This document shows, piece by piece, positions 34,862-49,726 of a stretch of 64,000 bases of DNA (within the stretch, counting starts at the first letter, position 1; each line of letters begins with the position of its first letter). The notes beneath the pieces are model-generated. The model was not told the origin of the DNA. It worked only from the letters and a program-made list of their open reading frames with translations, and did no database searches. Position numbers and translations under genes: made by a program. Origin of the DNA: the human T2T-CHM13v2.0 reference genome, Homo sapiens; NCBI RefSeq assembly GCF_009914755.1, contig NC_060927.1; one strand, written 5' to 3'.

Positions 34862-36161
34862 ACCATCTAACAAAGGCACTTTATTGCATTACCATTCACA
34901 ATTAACAGTCAAGAACAAATAATAATAACAAATAAAATAACTTTTAAGAGGACAAGGCATTAGAAATAAAAAAGGACACTAATAACATTTGTAAAAGCTT
35001 GTACTGGATGTGGTTGCCCCCATTTGTGTGTGTGGTTGTGTGTGTGTGGTTGTGTGTTGGTGGCCACAGCTGAGCCTCTGTCACCAGAGAAGGCTGAGGC
35101 CCCAATGGCACACCTCAGAAACCTACACCCCGAGGCTGGACGGCTGGACTCCTGAGCACAAGCTCCCTCTCGCACCCTTTGCCAGACAGTTTGTCTCCAA
35201 TTTCAAACTGACCTAAGGCTCTTACTCCTGGATTTTTTGTTTTTAAACCTTCTCCCAGCCAGTCTTCGGGAGGGCATGATTAGAGAAGTGCTCCTTTGCT
35301 GATGGAGGAGGGGACCTAAGGAAGAAGGTGGATCCCAGGTGCCTCCTCTCTAATTGATCCTCCCCACCCAGTTTCCTTTGCCTCTCTTCCTTCTACCAGG
35401 TCATGTTTTTTACTCTCTGCCCCTTCTGCCTCCTAGCATTTCAAAAACTGTAGAGTGCACCCCATAGTGGACATTTTTAGTCCAGGCCTTCTAATTAGCA
35501 TCAAAAAGTTCCTGGATTCCCAGGCACGCCTCCTGAAAAAGCTGAGAGATATGTCTCTTTCCAGTCTTCTTGGGTGAGGCTAGGTTGCAAGCTCTGGGCT
35601 GTTCAAAGGTTGCCAGAATCTCTCCATTGGAGGGATAGAAGCAGTGTCCCTATTCTGACTTGTCAGAGAGTGAGCTTGTGACCCTTGAAAGATGGTGGGT
35701 ATCCCTTCTCATCCCCTCGGACCTCCACAGTTGATGCGTATGTCTCCCAGGGGAATTAGGTCACTTAACTCAAGAGCAATGTTTGCCCAGGAGCAAGCAA
35801 TGCTGGGGAGCTTTCCTCTAGATTGGAAATGGTTCTTGTTGCCCTACCAGGAAAAGAATTAAGAAAACAACCCTAACCATTGTCTCAGTACTTTGTACTG
35901 ATTGAAGAAAACCACCTCTCTGACAAGCGCTAATAGCATCTACTACATTTAATGTCATAGATTCTTATTTAGCAAGTGAGCTGGATTCGTTGCAAACATT
36001 CACAACTTCCATTCAGAGAGGCTGGCAGATGTCAGATGGAAGAAAAACCCCGGAGGCCAGATCTTTACTGGTGCTCACTTCTCCATCAGTCTTTCTAAAC
36101 ACTCTAAATAATAGCTTGTACATTGGTTGGGGGCCATGGCGGGTTCCACATTCTTATGATT
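34862..36161 (-). other. MUC13: MUC13 last exon (entirely 3'UTR, ~1.3 kb; 3' end approximate)
   Basis: Polypyrimidine tract and CTGTCTAG|AATC acceptor at 36161; repeat-free sequence running to AATAAA at 34880-34885. Confidence 0.8.
34880..34885 (-). terminator. MUC13: MUC13 polyadenylation signal AATAAA
   Basis: TTTATT on + strand; followed on the minus strand by GU-rich and U-rich downstream elements. Confidence 0.8.
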
Positions 36162-36589
36162 CTAGACAGAAAGAGAGAGGGAGAGACAATACTCTTAGAA
36201 AATACTCCAACAGAAACATATGAGATCGTTTAGATCTGTAAATTATTAACATTACTTTCATTAACATTATTTGTCTTCTTCAGCTTTATCCCATATTCTC
36301 CCTATCATTTCTCTCACGTCTCTTCCATTCCCCATCTCTTTCCCAGCTCCCTTTCTCCTCTTCCTTTACCATCTTCCTTCTTTCCATCTGTCTCCTGTCA
36401 CTCTTCCTCCTAAAGTCTCTTACAGGCTTCCTTCTTTCAACATTTCATTCAATCACACTAAGCAGTGACAGCTATGATTATCCAATACAAACCCAGTGGG
36501 TACAAGCTGTTGTCCTTGAAAGTTCTCCCTAGAGAAATACAGTATCGCCAGCCTAACTAGCTTTATCTCCTTTTTTAAAAAGCTATCTT

Positions 36590-37062
<473 letters not shown>

Positions 37063-37063
37063 T

Positions 37064-37100
<37 letters not shown>
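37064..37100. repeat. (TA)n(GA)n compound microsatellite
   Basis: Direct reading. Confidence 0.9.
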
Positions 37101-37565
37101 TTGCCTTGAGATCAAGCGGCAGGGAAAGAGAGCGTTGCCTTTACACAGCCTGGTGAAAAGGATCCCACAGAACTATGTTTACATCCAGTGTCCTTCCCTG
37201 GTCCTGGCTGAGGACCTAGGTCTTCAAACAGCCTGAGAAGTGTCATCATCATAATCTCTGGAGTCGTATTCATGGAGTTGGTAATCTAAAGGGACCTTAG
37301 GGGTATCTAAATTAAGCTGACCTTTTTACAGATGAGAAAATCAAAGGCCAGGGAAATTAAGTGATGTGTCTGTAGTCACATAGATGCTCAGAGTTACGAC
37401 AGCAGGGAACTTCCTTTTTGATCTCTCTCTCTCTCTCTCTTTCAATTAAGAAAAAGAAAAAGAAAGCCTGCGGGGCAGCCAAGGATTGAAGATTCAGCAA
37501 CCAGGTCTCTGCTCTGCCCTGGTGCATTCACTCCCAAAAGCAGGAGAAAAAGCCCACTGACTCAC

Positions 37566-37767
37566 CTAATAGTCAGGGCGGGGCATGCTGCTGTGGCTTG
37601 AATAGGGATTTTGCATCTGGCTGTCTCTGGAGGCCGTTATCCTGACCTTAGGAAAGACGCTCCCTTCTGCTCCAAGATTGGTGAAGCCTGTCGACCGCAG
37701 TTTTAGATTTTGAAAGTCTTCGTCAATCAAGTTCTCTTCTTCAATATGCTTCGTTTTGTTATTTGAT
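37566..37767 (-). CDS. MUC13: Mucin-13 exon 11 (cytoplasmic tail and stop)
   Basis: TTACAG|ATC...TAT TAG|GTGAG; 202 nt; SNNKTKHIEEENLIDEDFQNLKLRSTGF...QNPYSSHSSMPRPDY*. Confidence 0.96.
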
Positions 37768-38244
37768 CTGTAATCAGTAAGAGGAATTAGGATTTGACAA
37801 TGGCAGAAAGTTTCTTGAAGTAAATGTTAATGTTCTTTTTAAAAATATTTTTAAATTCTGAAATAATCTCACATTTATTTGTAAGTTACAAAATACATAT
37901 ATTACGGCGTTCTCACACACTTATCACCCAGATTCCCTAATTATTAACATTTCTGAACCAATTAAGAATAAGTTGCATAACCAAAGAACACTAACAGTTT
38001 TATGAAAGAATAAGTTGCAGACTTGATGCCCCACAAATAATGAAATAAAGCACTTCATTATTTTATTCAGTGTAGGTTTCCTAAGTTTAAGGTCATGAGC
38101 TCTGTGTAGCGACAAAACCTGGACTTCAATGCTGATCCAACATAACGATCTAATTCCACTGGCCTCATTCATATTTTGCTCATAATATTAGAAAATAATT
38201 TGAGATACAGCATTTCATTCAGCAAAGTCAACATCTAAGAATCA

Positions 38245-38635
<391 letters not shown>

Positions 38636-38904
38636 TCACATTATAGTGGAAAACTACCTATTTTGCCAAAATATAAGATATGAACTAAATGTTAGAAAAC
38701 AGTAGCTTTAAAAAATCAAAGTGGATCCCCACTTGGCACATTGAGAATGGGAAAAAGATCACAGCATTTGCCTCCCTGTTAATGGGGGGACTTTAGTCTA
38801 TCTAAATATTTGTTGAATGAATGAACTCTAGTGCCCCTTCCTTAAGAGAAGAGACCTTAAGGCACCAAGCTAATAGCCATGCAGAGATGACACGTGTGTG
38901 CTTG

Positions 38905-38906
<2 letters not shown>

Positions 38907-38958
<52 letters not shown>
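38907..38958. repeat. Perfect (TG)26 microsatellite
   Basis: Direct reading; abuts an antisense Alu right arm at ~38964-39110. Confidence 0.95.
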
Positions 38959-38964
<6 letters not shown>

Positions 38965-39647
38965 AGACAGGGTCTTGCTCTGTCACCCAGGCTGGAGTGC
39001 AGTGGGGTAATCTTGGCTCACTGCAACCTCTGCCTCCCAGTTCAAGGAATTCTCCTGCCTCAGCCTCCTGAGTAGCAGGATTACAGGGGTGCCACCACCA
39101 TGCCCGGCTAACGTGATAAACTTTCTTAAAAAAAGTTAAAAAAAAACAACAACCCAGGGGGTTCAGTTGAGGTTGATTTTAGACCATTTGCAGCAGAGTC
39201 CTGGACAGGGAAGTGACCTGATGAAAATTGTATTTGACAACTTCAGTGGAGTTAAATATTATTACATTAACAAAGAGTTTTTAATGACATAAGGAAATGG
39301 TTGCTATGTCATCTTACGGTGTTAAACCAAAAAAAACCTCAATCCAAAATTTTAAAAACACAAAAGACACAAAATTATGTATATAATATTATTTTAAAAG
39401 ATAGAAATAAATCTGGAAGGTTATATCTCAAAATGTTAGTTGCCTCAGCATGGTGGGTTTTGTGAGTGATTTTTAAATTCCGCCCCTTTACCCACTTCTC
39501 TATTTTCTTGATTTTCTTCCATGGTCCTGCTATTGCCTATATAATAAGAAGACAATTAAGGTAAGGAAAAAAAGTCAGTGGTACTAGAAAGGCCTCTCCT
39601 TATCTCCCTTCTCTTGCCCAGGAGAGGATGAGTATGTTTGGAAACTA

Positions 39648-39830
<183 letters not shown>

Positions 39831-39856
39831 TTAAAAAGGACACTTTCATCCCATAC

Positions 39857-39941
39857 CTTGCTGTGACAATCAATGCAATTATCATGCTGAGAATGACAAT
39901 GCCAGCGATGGTGCCCACAATAGTGAGGATCAGCTGAAATT
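39857..39941 (-). CDS. MUC13: Mucin-13 exon 10 (transmembrane helix)
   Basis: TTTCAG|AA...AAG|GTATGG; 85 nt; FQLILTIVGTIAGIVILSMIIALIVTAR hydrophobic span. Confidence 0.96.
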
Positions 39942-40429
39942 CTGAAAGGAAGAAGAAAATAAGAACAGTCTCCAACAAGCTGGCCCCCAACTGTCTACTG
40001 CACAGGTTCGTGTATTCCCAGGGACTCCTAGCTGTGAAGACGATCAGGTTCTGGTCTCCAACCCTCCAGGCCAGGTTGGGTAGTTGGCCTATTTCCTTTA
40101 GCATTCCCTCCTCACACCTCCTAAACTGTGTCTTCAGAACTCAATTGGAAAGGGCAGCCCTGCCAGACAAAACACTGTAAATACAAAGGATGGTGGCAGG
40201 GTCTTCCTGGACTTTGTGGGGAGTGGAGTATCAGCTGAGGGCCACACCTCCCTCCTTACCTCTGCTGCCTTTGCCTGCCCTCCATACCTCACCTTACTGA
40301 TAAGCTAAGGAAACTAGGTTGGAGTTAAATGTCACTGCTAGAGGAGCCAGCTAATGGCTTGATAATAACATCAATGAGGGAAGAGTCTAGACGTTCATTA
40401 TCACCCATTCTCCTCTCCTAACTCTGCCC

Positions 40430-40705
40430 TGGTTGGCACTATTGACACTTGACTGCGGCTATGAGACACAATGTAACAGACACACCAGATTGCAAACACT
40501 TCATGTGAAAAAAATGTGAGAGAATTGGTTTATCTTTTTTTATTGATTCCATGTTGAAATGATATTTTGGATATATGGATTAAATAAAATATGTTCTTAA
40601 AATCAACCTCATCTGTTTCTTTTTACTTCTAACAATTTACTTGAAATTTCTAAAATTTCAAATGAAATGTGTAGCTCACATAATATTTCTATTGCACAAC
40701 ACTGC
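40430..40705. mobile_element. MER33/MER3-like hAT-Charlie element
   Basis: atgttgaaatgatattttggatata...taaataaaatat...atgtgtagctcacata...atttctattgcacaacactg. Confidence 0.7.
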
Positions 40706-41545
40706 TCTAGACCTCTTCGTCTCTTTCTGCTATATGGCTTCCACAAATGCTGCCTTTAATGTGAATTCATGGGGCCATAGACTGGCAAATCTGGGAAAGA
40801 CCTCAAAGTTTGTCTGGTCCAAACTTCTCATTTTATAGATGTGGAAATTGAAAGCCCTGAAGAAAGACTTAGCAAATTATTCCTTGCAATAAAATACAGT
40901 AGAAATGGAGAATGTCACTCATCACTATCTTCATGGCTGGCAGGAAGGCTGACAGTAATATTTCCTTCATCTTGGAAGACTGATCTTTAGTTCATTATGT
41001 AAATTTTAGAATATAAAATAATTGAAAATTTAAAGTTAGTATTGTCTTAATCTGGTGGGGGTGGGGCATGGGAGGGTACAGAATTTGAATTTGCAGCAAA
41101 ATATCCCAAACCAGTAAATAGCTCTGAGACAAAAGGATTTGAGTATTTAAATGTCTGGTTTCTAGGTCTGCTCTTCTATAACCACCAGAATTTTTGGAAT
41201 TACTGGTCTTTTATCTCTAGTAGCAGCAGATAATGCATATGTAAGCTAATGCAGGAAATCAACATAATGCTAAGATGCCCTTCTCTGGTCTCAAGCAAGT
41301 CCAGAGGTGCCAGCCCACTCCTGGTGCTGAGTTCTGTTATTTTCTATGGCAGAGGGGCTGCTGTTCATAACCTAAGGGTGGGCATGGCATGGCAGGACCC
41401 AGAAGGCAAACTGGAGGCAGATGGTCTCTCTCTTTATGAAAGAGGACAGAGACTTTGAAGGACTGGGCAGGATGTTGAATGGGGTCACTATTGATTTCTC
41501 AGATGTTTAATAACTTGTTTATAATAGCAAGACTTTCATACTCAC

Positions 41546-41583
41546 TGTCCTTACAGTCGAGTCCACTGTAGCCAAATGCACAC
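41546..41583 (-). CDS. MUC13: Mucin-13 exon 9 (juxtamembrane mini-exon CAFGYSGLDCKD)
   Basis: TTTCAG|GTG...GACA|GTGAG; 38 nt; keeps frame between exons 8 and 10. Confidence 0.93.
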
Positions 41584-42099
41584 CTGAAATACAGTGAGCA
41601 ATAGGAAACAGTGTTAAAGAGCCCCTGTGGGGAGCATGTCAGAGTTCCCACCCCAATCTCCACCTCTTCCTTTCCATCTTCCTTTTATTCTGTCCTCCCT
41701 TGCTTTTTTTCCTCTTTCTTTTGCCTTCCTTACACTCTCATTCTTCCAGGAGACCACCTTCCATGGGGTTCTGGAAGGGTGAGGGGGGTACGCAATCTCA
41801 TGCAGGCTCATTTGCTACTGACTGAACACTCCATCCTCCGGGCTTCAGGAAGATTCTGCAGTTCAGGCAAAGCTGAACCCAAGAGGCATGGAGGGTAGTG
41901 GGACCATCTCAGGCTGTGACGCCACATGGCTCTGCCACTTATTTGTTGCCCTGTGAGCTGGAGGATGTTATTTACAATCAGTTTCAGTTTCCTCACCTGA
42001 AAATGGAAATTAAGACATTCCTGACAATGTTGCTGTGTGATAGGTATTACCTAGTGTGTTTCCTGGAGCATAGAGAATGCTCAAAAACTATTGATGATG

Positions 42100-42442
<343 letters not shown>

Positions 42443-42553
42443 CTATGACAGCTTACCAGCTTCCTGACTCAACACCTATATACGTGTTGTAAGGTCTCTC
42501 TACTTTGCCTAGCTCCAGCTGTGGCAAGACAAAAACAAAGTTATTTTTCTTAC

Positions 42554-42683
42554 TTTTGGCAGTTCCCATTAGCATCTTCCTGGTAGCCGGGCACGCACGC
42601 ACACTCAGGGGCCCCACCACTCTTCTTTATTAAGCATTGCTTGTGCTGTGCGTTGCAGGCATCAGGACACTTGAGACTGGAAG
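42554..42683 (-). CDS. MUC13: Mucin-13 exon 8 (EGF-like 3)
   Basis: TTTGAAG|CTT...CAAAA|GTAAG; 130 nt; ASSLKCPDACNAQHKQCLIKKSGGAPECACVPGYQEDANGNCQK. Confidence 0.95.
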
Positions 42684-43004
42684 CTTCAAAACAGAATGAT
42701 TTCTGGGTAATTTTCAGAAACAATCTCTTTAACCCCAAAGTCACATGTGACAACATGACAGTGTCTTTCACATTGCTTTTTCTAGGTAAAATGAGATGCT
42801 TATTGACTCCACACATGATGTGCCCCCTGTGAAGCTGGACATGGGCTAGCAAAGGTCCCAGCCATGGTCCATATGTCTAAAGTCAGAAGTCAGATCACTC
42901 GGACTCTGAAATGCATGTGGAAACTAAAGGAGTGAATTTTTTATGTTGCAAAAGAAGAGAAAGTGATGTTATGAAGAACATTTAGAAGCAGGTGAAACAC
43001 TTAC

Positions 43005-43124
43005 CAACGCAGAAAGGGCTCTGTGGGTTAGGCCTTTGCAGGTCAGATTTGCAATCGCATGCTAAACCATTGAGGCAGTCATCCGCAGTCTGGTTACAGC
43101 CATAATAATCACACCGAAGGGTCA
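43005..43124 (-). CDS. MUC13: Mucin-13 exon 7 (EGF-like 2)
   Basis: TCTCAG|TGA...TTG|GTAAG; 120 nt; LTLRCDYYGCNQTADDCLNGLACDCKSDLQRPNPQSPFCV. Confidence 0.95.
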
Positions 43125-43237
43125 CTGAGAAGCACAAATAGTTTAAAAATATATTCAGCATGACAATATGGATAAGGTAATTTGTGAAAATTACCCCACC
43201 CCATTGCTGTTATACTTTGCCTTTTAATAAGTTTTGG

Positions 43238-43917
<680 letters not shown>

Positions 43918-44087
43918 TCATATGGCTCCTCTCTACTAAACATCCCAAACTGTAACTGAGCCTCCTTCATCACCTGCCACATGAAAATGCCTCTGATTAA
44001 AAGCCTAGAGCAAGAGATTCTACAATTTTGGGCAAAGAAAACAATTTATCTTTGCCACTGAAGCCGGAGAACAGGAAAGTGTTTTCC

Positions 44088-44418
<331 letters not shown>

Positions 44419-44699
44419 TTAGAAGGAGCAAAAAGAAGGATGAGGGAGGCACGAAGGCGATTAGGAGAATGGTGGATGCGGGCCCAGGAAGAAGGGAACA
44501 TCTAGAAGGGAAGGATACTAGTGTCAAATGCTATAGAAAAGTCAAATAAGTTGTGGCTCAACAGAGGATTCTGGATTTGGCAACCAGGACTGAGAACCAG
44601 CTGCAAACACCTCTTCCCGGGACTGGCCCCAGTGGGTCACCTCTGGGGTGAGGAACTTCTGATGACTGTTATGGTGGGTTGACTGCAGTCATGACATCA

Positions 44700-45090
44700 A
44701 TTTACTCACACCTTTCTGTACCCCTTGGGCAGGGCCCTTCCACACTGTGCTTGGTAATGCGAATTGCTTTAGCCAATTGGACAGTTGTAACTGTGATGTA
44801 AGCAGAGACTTGAGAAATATTTGTGCATTGAATCTTACCCTCTTGCTGCTCTTGAAATCCTTTGGATGGGTCTGCTGATAAGAGACCATGTGGAGCAGAG
44901 ACAAACCATTTATACCCAGCAGCTAATGGCAGATGCTTAAGTGAGCCCAGCAGAGATCAATTAAGCCTGGCCCAGATCAGCACACTATCCACTTGAGCCC
45001 AGCTCAAATTCAGACCCATAGAATTCTAGGGTTGCAGTAAATAAATGATGGTTGTTTTTGGCCACTACCTTCGTAACACAGCAAACGCAA
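44700..45090 (+). mobile_element. MaLR LTR remnant (MLT1F/G-like)
   Basis: gtgagcccagcagagatc...gagcccagctcaaattc...aataaatgatggttgtttt...gccact. Confidence 0.6.
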
Positions 45091-45149
45091 ATTGCTACAG
45101 CTACATGGTGGGTTCGTGTGTGTCTAAAGGGGAAAATAGTACGGGTAAT

Positions 45150-45460
<311 letters not shown>

Positions 45461-45759
45461 TGACATAAAGCCCTGTTGTTTCTCCTTTTTCTTTCCCTGC
45501 CCAGCAGTGGTTTGTCTGGTCATTTATACCTTCGTAGAGAGGAACACACTGGTCAGTTTGATGACTTGGGACATGGTTGGAAAGAAGCAGAGGGCAAGCG
45601 AACAAGAAAAGGGAAGAAGAATTGGATAAAAAGAAATTTAGAGACAGTTGTCAGTTCAATGATGCAGTTCTTGTCTCCTTTTCACATATAATGAAAAGGT
45701 TTACAAAAAAGGTAGGTAGGTCTTCAGGTGAACTTTGAATAAAATTATACAATACTTAC

Positions 45760-45923
45760 AATCATAGTTTAGAAAGTTGCTTGAGCTACTTCTAATTGCT
45801 TTATTAATTTTCTCAGTCACAGTCTTCTCATTGTCACTTGTGGTTTCTGCCAAAATTGTTACTATTGTTACATTAACAAACTTGTCATCAGCACGCATTT
45901 CAGATCTTGGTGACAGAGATGTG
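45760..45923 (-). CDS. MUC13: Mucin-13 exon 6 (SEA domain, part 3)
   Basis: TTTTTAG|CAC...GATT|GTAAG; 164 nt; STSLSPRSEMRADDKFVNVTIVTILAETTSDNEKTVTEKINKAIRSSSSNFLNYD. Confidence 0.95.
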
Positions 45924-46793
45924 CTAAAAATGAGATGAATCTGTCACTTAATGAATTGAACTGAAGAATCAACAAATAATTCTAATCTCCCAGACTCCCG
46001 AATCTCCCGGCCCTAGTCCTGACCCGCTGTCCTGTCCCTGTGATTCGGACCCACATATGGAGGCCGGGGGCTGCAAAAAGATGGCAATGTACAGGCTTGG
46101 AGGTCTCTATTTGATGTGTATTCAGAGGAAACCTATGGTGAAAACAATGTTCTGTTGGAGAAAACTTAGGAAAATTGTGGATAACCATTTTTGGAAAAAT
46201 TATGAATCACATTTTAAGGATCTAGGAGCCTAGAGCTAACCAGAATTAGAACAAGTAATACCTGAAATGGGAAATTGTCACTTTCTGTAGGACAGCAGTT
46301 GTTAAATCTCAGTCTGGTTCTTTGGGAGAGACAGAGGGGCGCATGTCCCTCCCTCTGCATGGAGAAAGCAGTAACCAGCCATAGAGAGCCTGGATCACTC
46401 CCAGAAAGGACGAGGAAGTCAGCAGGCAGTTTCAGAGTGGGAACATGATTGGGCCTGGACACACACGACCCAGAGGAGAACTGAAACAAAGAGGGCCGGG
46501 GCTGCGGGAAACATGAGCAAATCCTACCAGCAATATGAAGTGCCTGCCATGAGCAAGACATTGTCACTGTCTCTCTCTCTCTCTCTCTAATCAGCACTGC
46601 AGTTCGGAGCCCTAAGCACAGCTGTGCCAAGTTTAATTATTTCATTGTCCAAAATGAATCAAGTGATACAATCACTGAAACAGGGGGAAAAATGACTTTT
46701 AAAAACATTCACTATCTGATTTGTCGCTCTGTGCTTTTAAGCCTCAGGATATATTTTTGTTGTCTAAATGTTTTTTTCTATACACCTTTTTGA

Positions 46794-46991
<198 letters not shown>

Positions 46992-47604
46992 TGAAAATAT
47001 AGCCAACCTATTTAAGCAATGTTTGCAGCCACCTTGGGTCCTCAGAACAATCAAGAAAAATCCAAAACATGAATCAAATTCCATTTTTAGGCACAATCAT
47101 CTCAAAAGGGAGCCCAAAAAATGTAATGGGCTTCAGCATTGTAATTTAATATTTTCTACCATAATTCATTTATGATGGGATTTGGTGGGGCGGGGGCGGG
47201 GGAGGCGGCAGGGAGTGGCAGTGGAATGTAATAGGGCAGTGAGAAAGGTGTACTTGATAAAAATTATTCTATATTGGTTGAAATATATGGCATAGCTTTG
47301 CACTGGGACTAGGAAAGCAAATGCCATCCATAATTTATTCATTAAAAGAATCTACCAGTTTATACACTAATTCAGGAGAGGCAAGACGTTACACCTGTGA
47401 AACGGTTAAAGGGAACATTGGAGCCACTGCACACTTGAGTATAAATGACGAGGGCACTAGGCTTGGAGTTAAGACAGGAGGTCCGGACCCTTGTGGCCCG
47501 AGACCAGTCAGCTTCTCCAGGCCCGAGTTTCTTCCTCTGTCCAAAGAGAGGTTTTAAAGAGAGAAATTCTGAGGATCCTTCCAATTCCAACATTGCTATA
47601 GTAG

Positions 47605-47688
47605 GAAAGAGCTTGGGGAGTCAGAGGGGAGAGACAATTTGGGGCTGAAAGAGCTTGGGGAGTCAGAGTGGAGAGATAATTTTGGGCT
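47605..47688. repeat. 42-bp x2 tandem duplication
   Basis: GAAAGAGCTTGGGGAGTCAGAG(G/T)GGAGAGA(C/T)AATTT(G/T)GGGCT twice, 3 mismatches. Confidence 0.92.
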
Positions 47689-48491
47689 GGAGCCTAAGAA
47701 ATGCCTTTCTAGGTGAGCCCCAGGTGCATTTGCCCTGCACTGGCCCCTGAGGTGGGGGAAGTAGTTCCCTCCATGCCTCTGAGCTCACAGGTGAAGGTTT
47801 GCCTCCAAACACCCTTGGCTCCCTTTTAGTAACTCCTTAAGAATCAAAGGAGTGCCACAGTTTTGGGAATCCCCCAAATGACCTTGTGGGACCAGCTGTC
47901 CATCACACTGCAGGGTCCCATATTCTAGAAAGGAAACAGATGATGTTGAAATCAACTATGTGCCAGGCACTGCATACAGGGAATCTTCCAAATTTTATCT
48001 CAGTTACTCCTCACAAGGCTCCAGGGAAGTTGATCAGATTATCCCAATTATACAGAGGCAGTGACAAAGGTTCCGAGAGGTTAGAACACCTGCCTGGTCA
48101 CTCAGGGACAAAGTGCCAAGGCCAGGATTCAAGTACAGGCTTAGCTAACTCCATTCCAATTTCACCATTCCTGTTTGTATCCAGTCATCCCCTACACATG
48201 AACTGGCTATTGTCCACTAAACCAAACCTAATTCCCAGAAACAATTCACAGCCCTCCAGCAGCTGTCCGCTGTACACCTCCAGCTTCAGAGCCACTGTGT
48301 TTGGGCCCAGCCTGTCTGTTTGCTGCCAGCCTCCCACCATGAAAACTGTGCCTCTTCACTGCCAACCAGACTTGCCCTTCATTCAAGACCAAGCTAGAAA
48401 TCCATCACTTTTAAAATACCTCTCTGAAATTTTATACACATACTCTCTCTCTCTCTCTTATTCCACCAAAGATTTTTAAAAGTTTTTATTT

Positions 48492-48939
<448 letters not shown>

Positions 48940-49670
48940 TGATATGGCTTATAAGGATAAATACAATAGTAAGACTTAAGATGTAAATGGTGCATTGCTA
49001 CACGAGGGCTGCTTTTCCTACCTAACTTCATCTGTCTTAGAGCATTCTTTCCTCAGCCTAAGTACGTGTGTATTAATGTGCTCCAGAGGAGGCTGAGATG
49101 CAATTGCTAATTTCTTGAGAATCTTCTGCCTCTTTGTTTCCCTAAATAGCACCCAGCACTTGCCATTACATATTGAAGTGCTCAATAAGTGCTTGTTCTC
49201 ACTGCAGAAAGCTCACCACTGACCCTTCTCTAGCCAGGAGTGTGATTTGGGTGTTCTTGTCCCCCTCACACTTGCCATATGAGGGAAGAGATGATCACGG
49301 GCCATTCAGTCTCCCCCCGGCCCACTGGAATGCACATTCCAGAGATTGACTAGATATGGTTTGCAGCCATGGGATCAAGACAAACAAAGAGATCCAGATG
49401 ATGTCCTGGACCATGTGCACAAGTTGTTGCATAGCCAATCACAGACAGAATTTTGCCTTCCCCAGGCCATGTCCTGCCCAGAGTTGGGGTGACATCAGAG
49501 GCAGGGCCAAGGCACACAGTCCCCTTTGCAGTGCTCAGACTGAGACTGACCCTCTCCTCTTAACTTGTGACTTGCCACAGAGGGCCTTAATGTTACATGC
49601 AGACCTCAAGAGAAGCTCGGAAGTTAGACAGACACACATCTGCCTCCAAAATTGTCCATAACAAACTTAC

Positions 49671-49726
49671 CTTACAGTAAGAATTACAGTCTGTCCATAA
49701 ACAGATGTGCCAAATACATCTTTAAA
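49671..49726 (-). CDS. MUC13: Mucin-13 exon 5 (SEA domain, part 2)
   Basis: CCACAG|TTT...GTAAG|GTAAGT; 56 nt; FKDVFGTSVYGQTVILTV. Confidence 0.94.

Noticed and set aside
47605-47688. 42-bp and 48-bp (57322-57417) direct repeats as CRISPR-like arrays
   Set aside because: Only two adjacent units, no spacers, no cas genes, eukaryotic context
47886-48479. 197-aa plus-strand ORF
   Set aside because: Non-ATG start; runs through MIR and L2 remnants; no recognisable protein similarity
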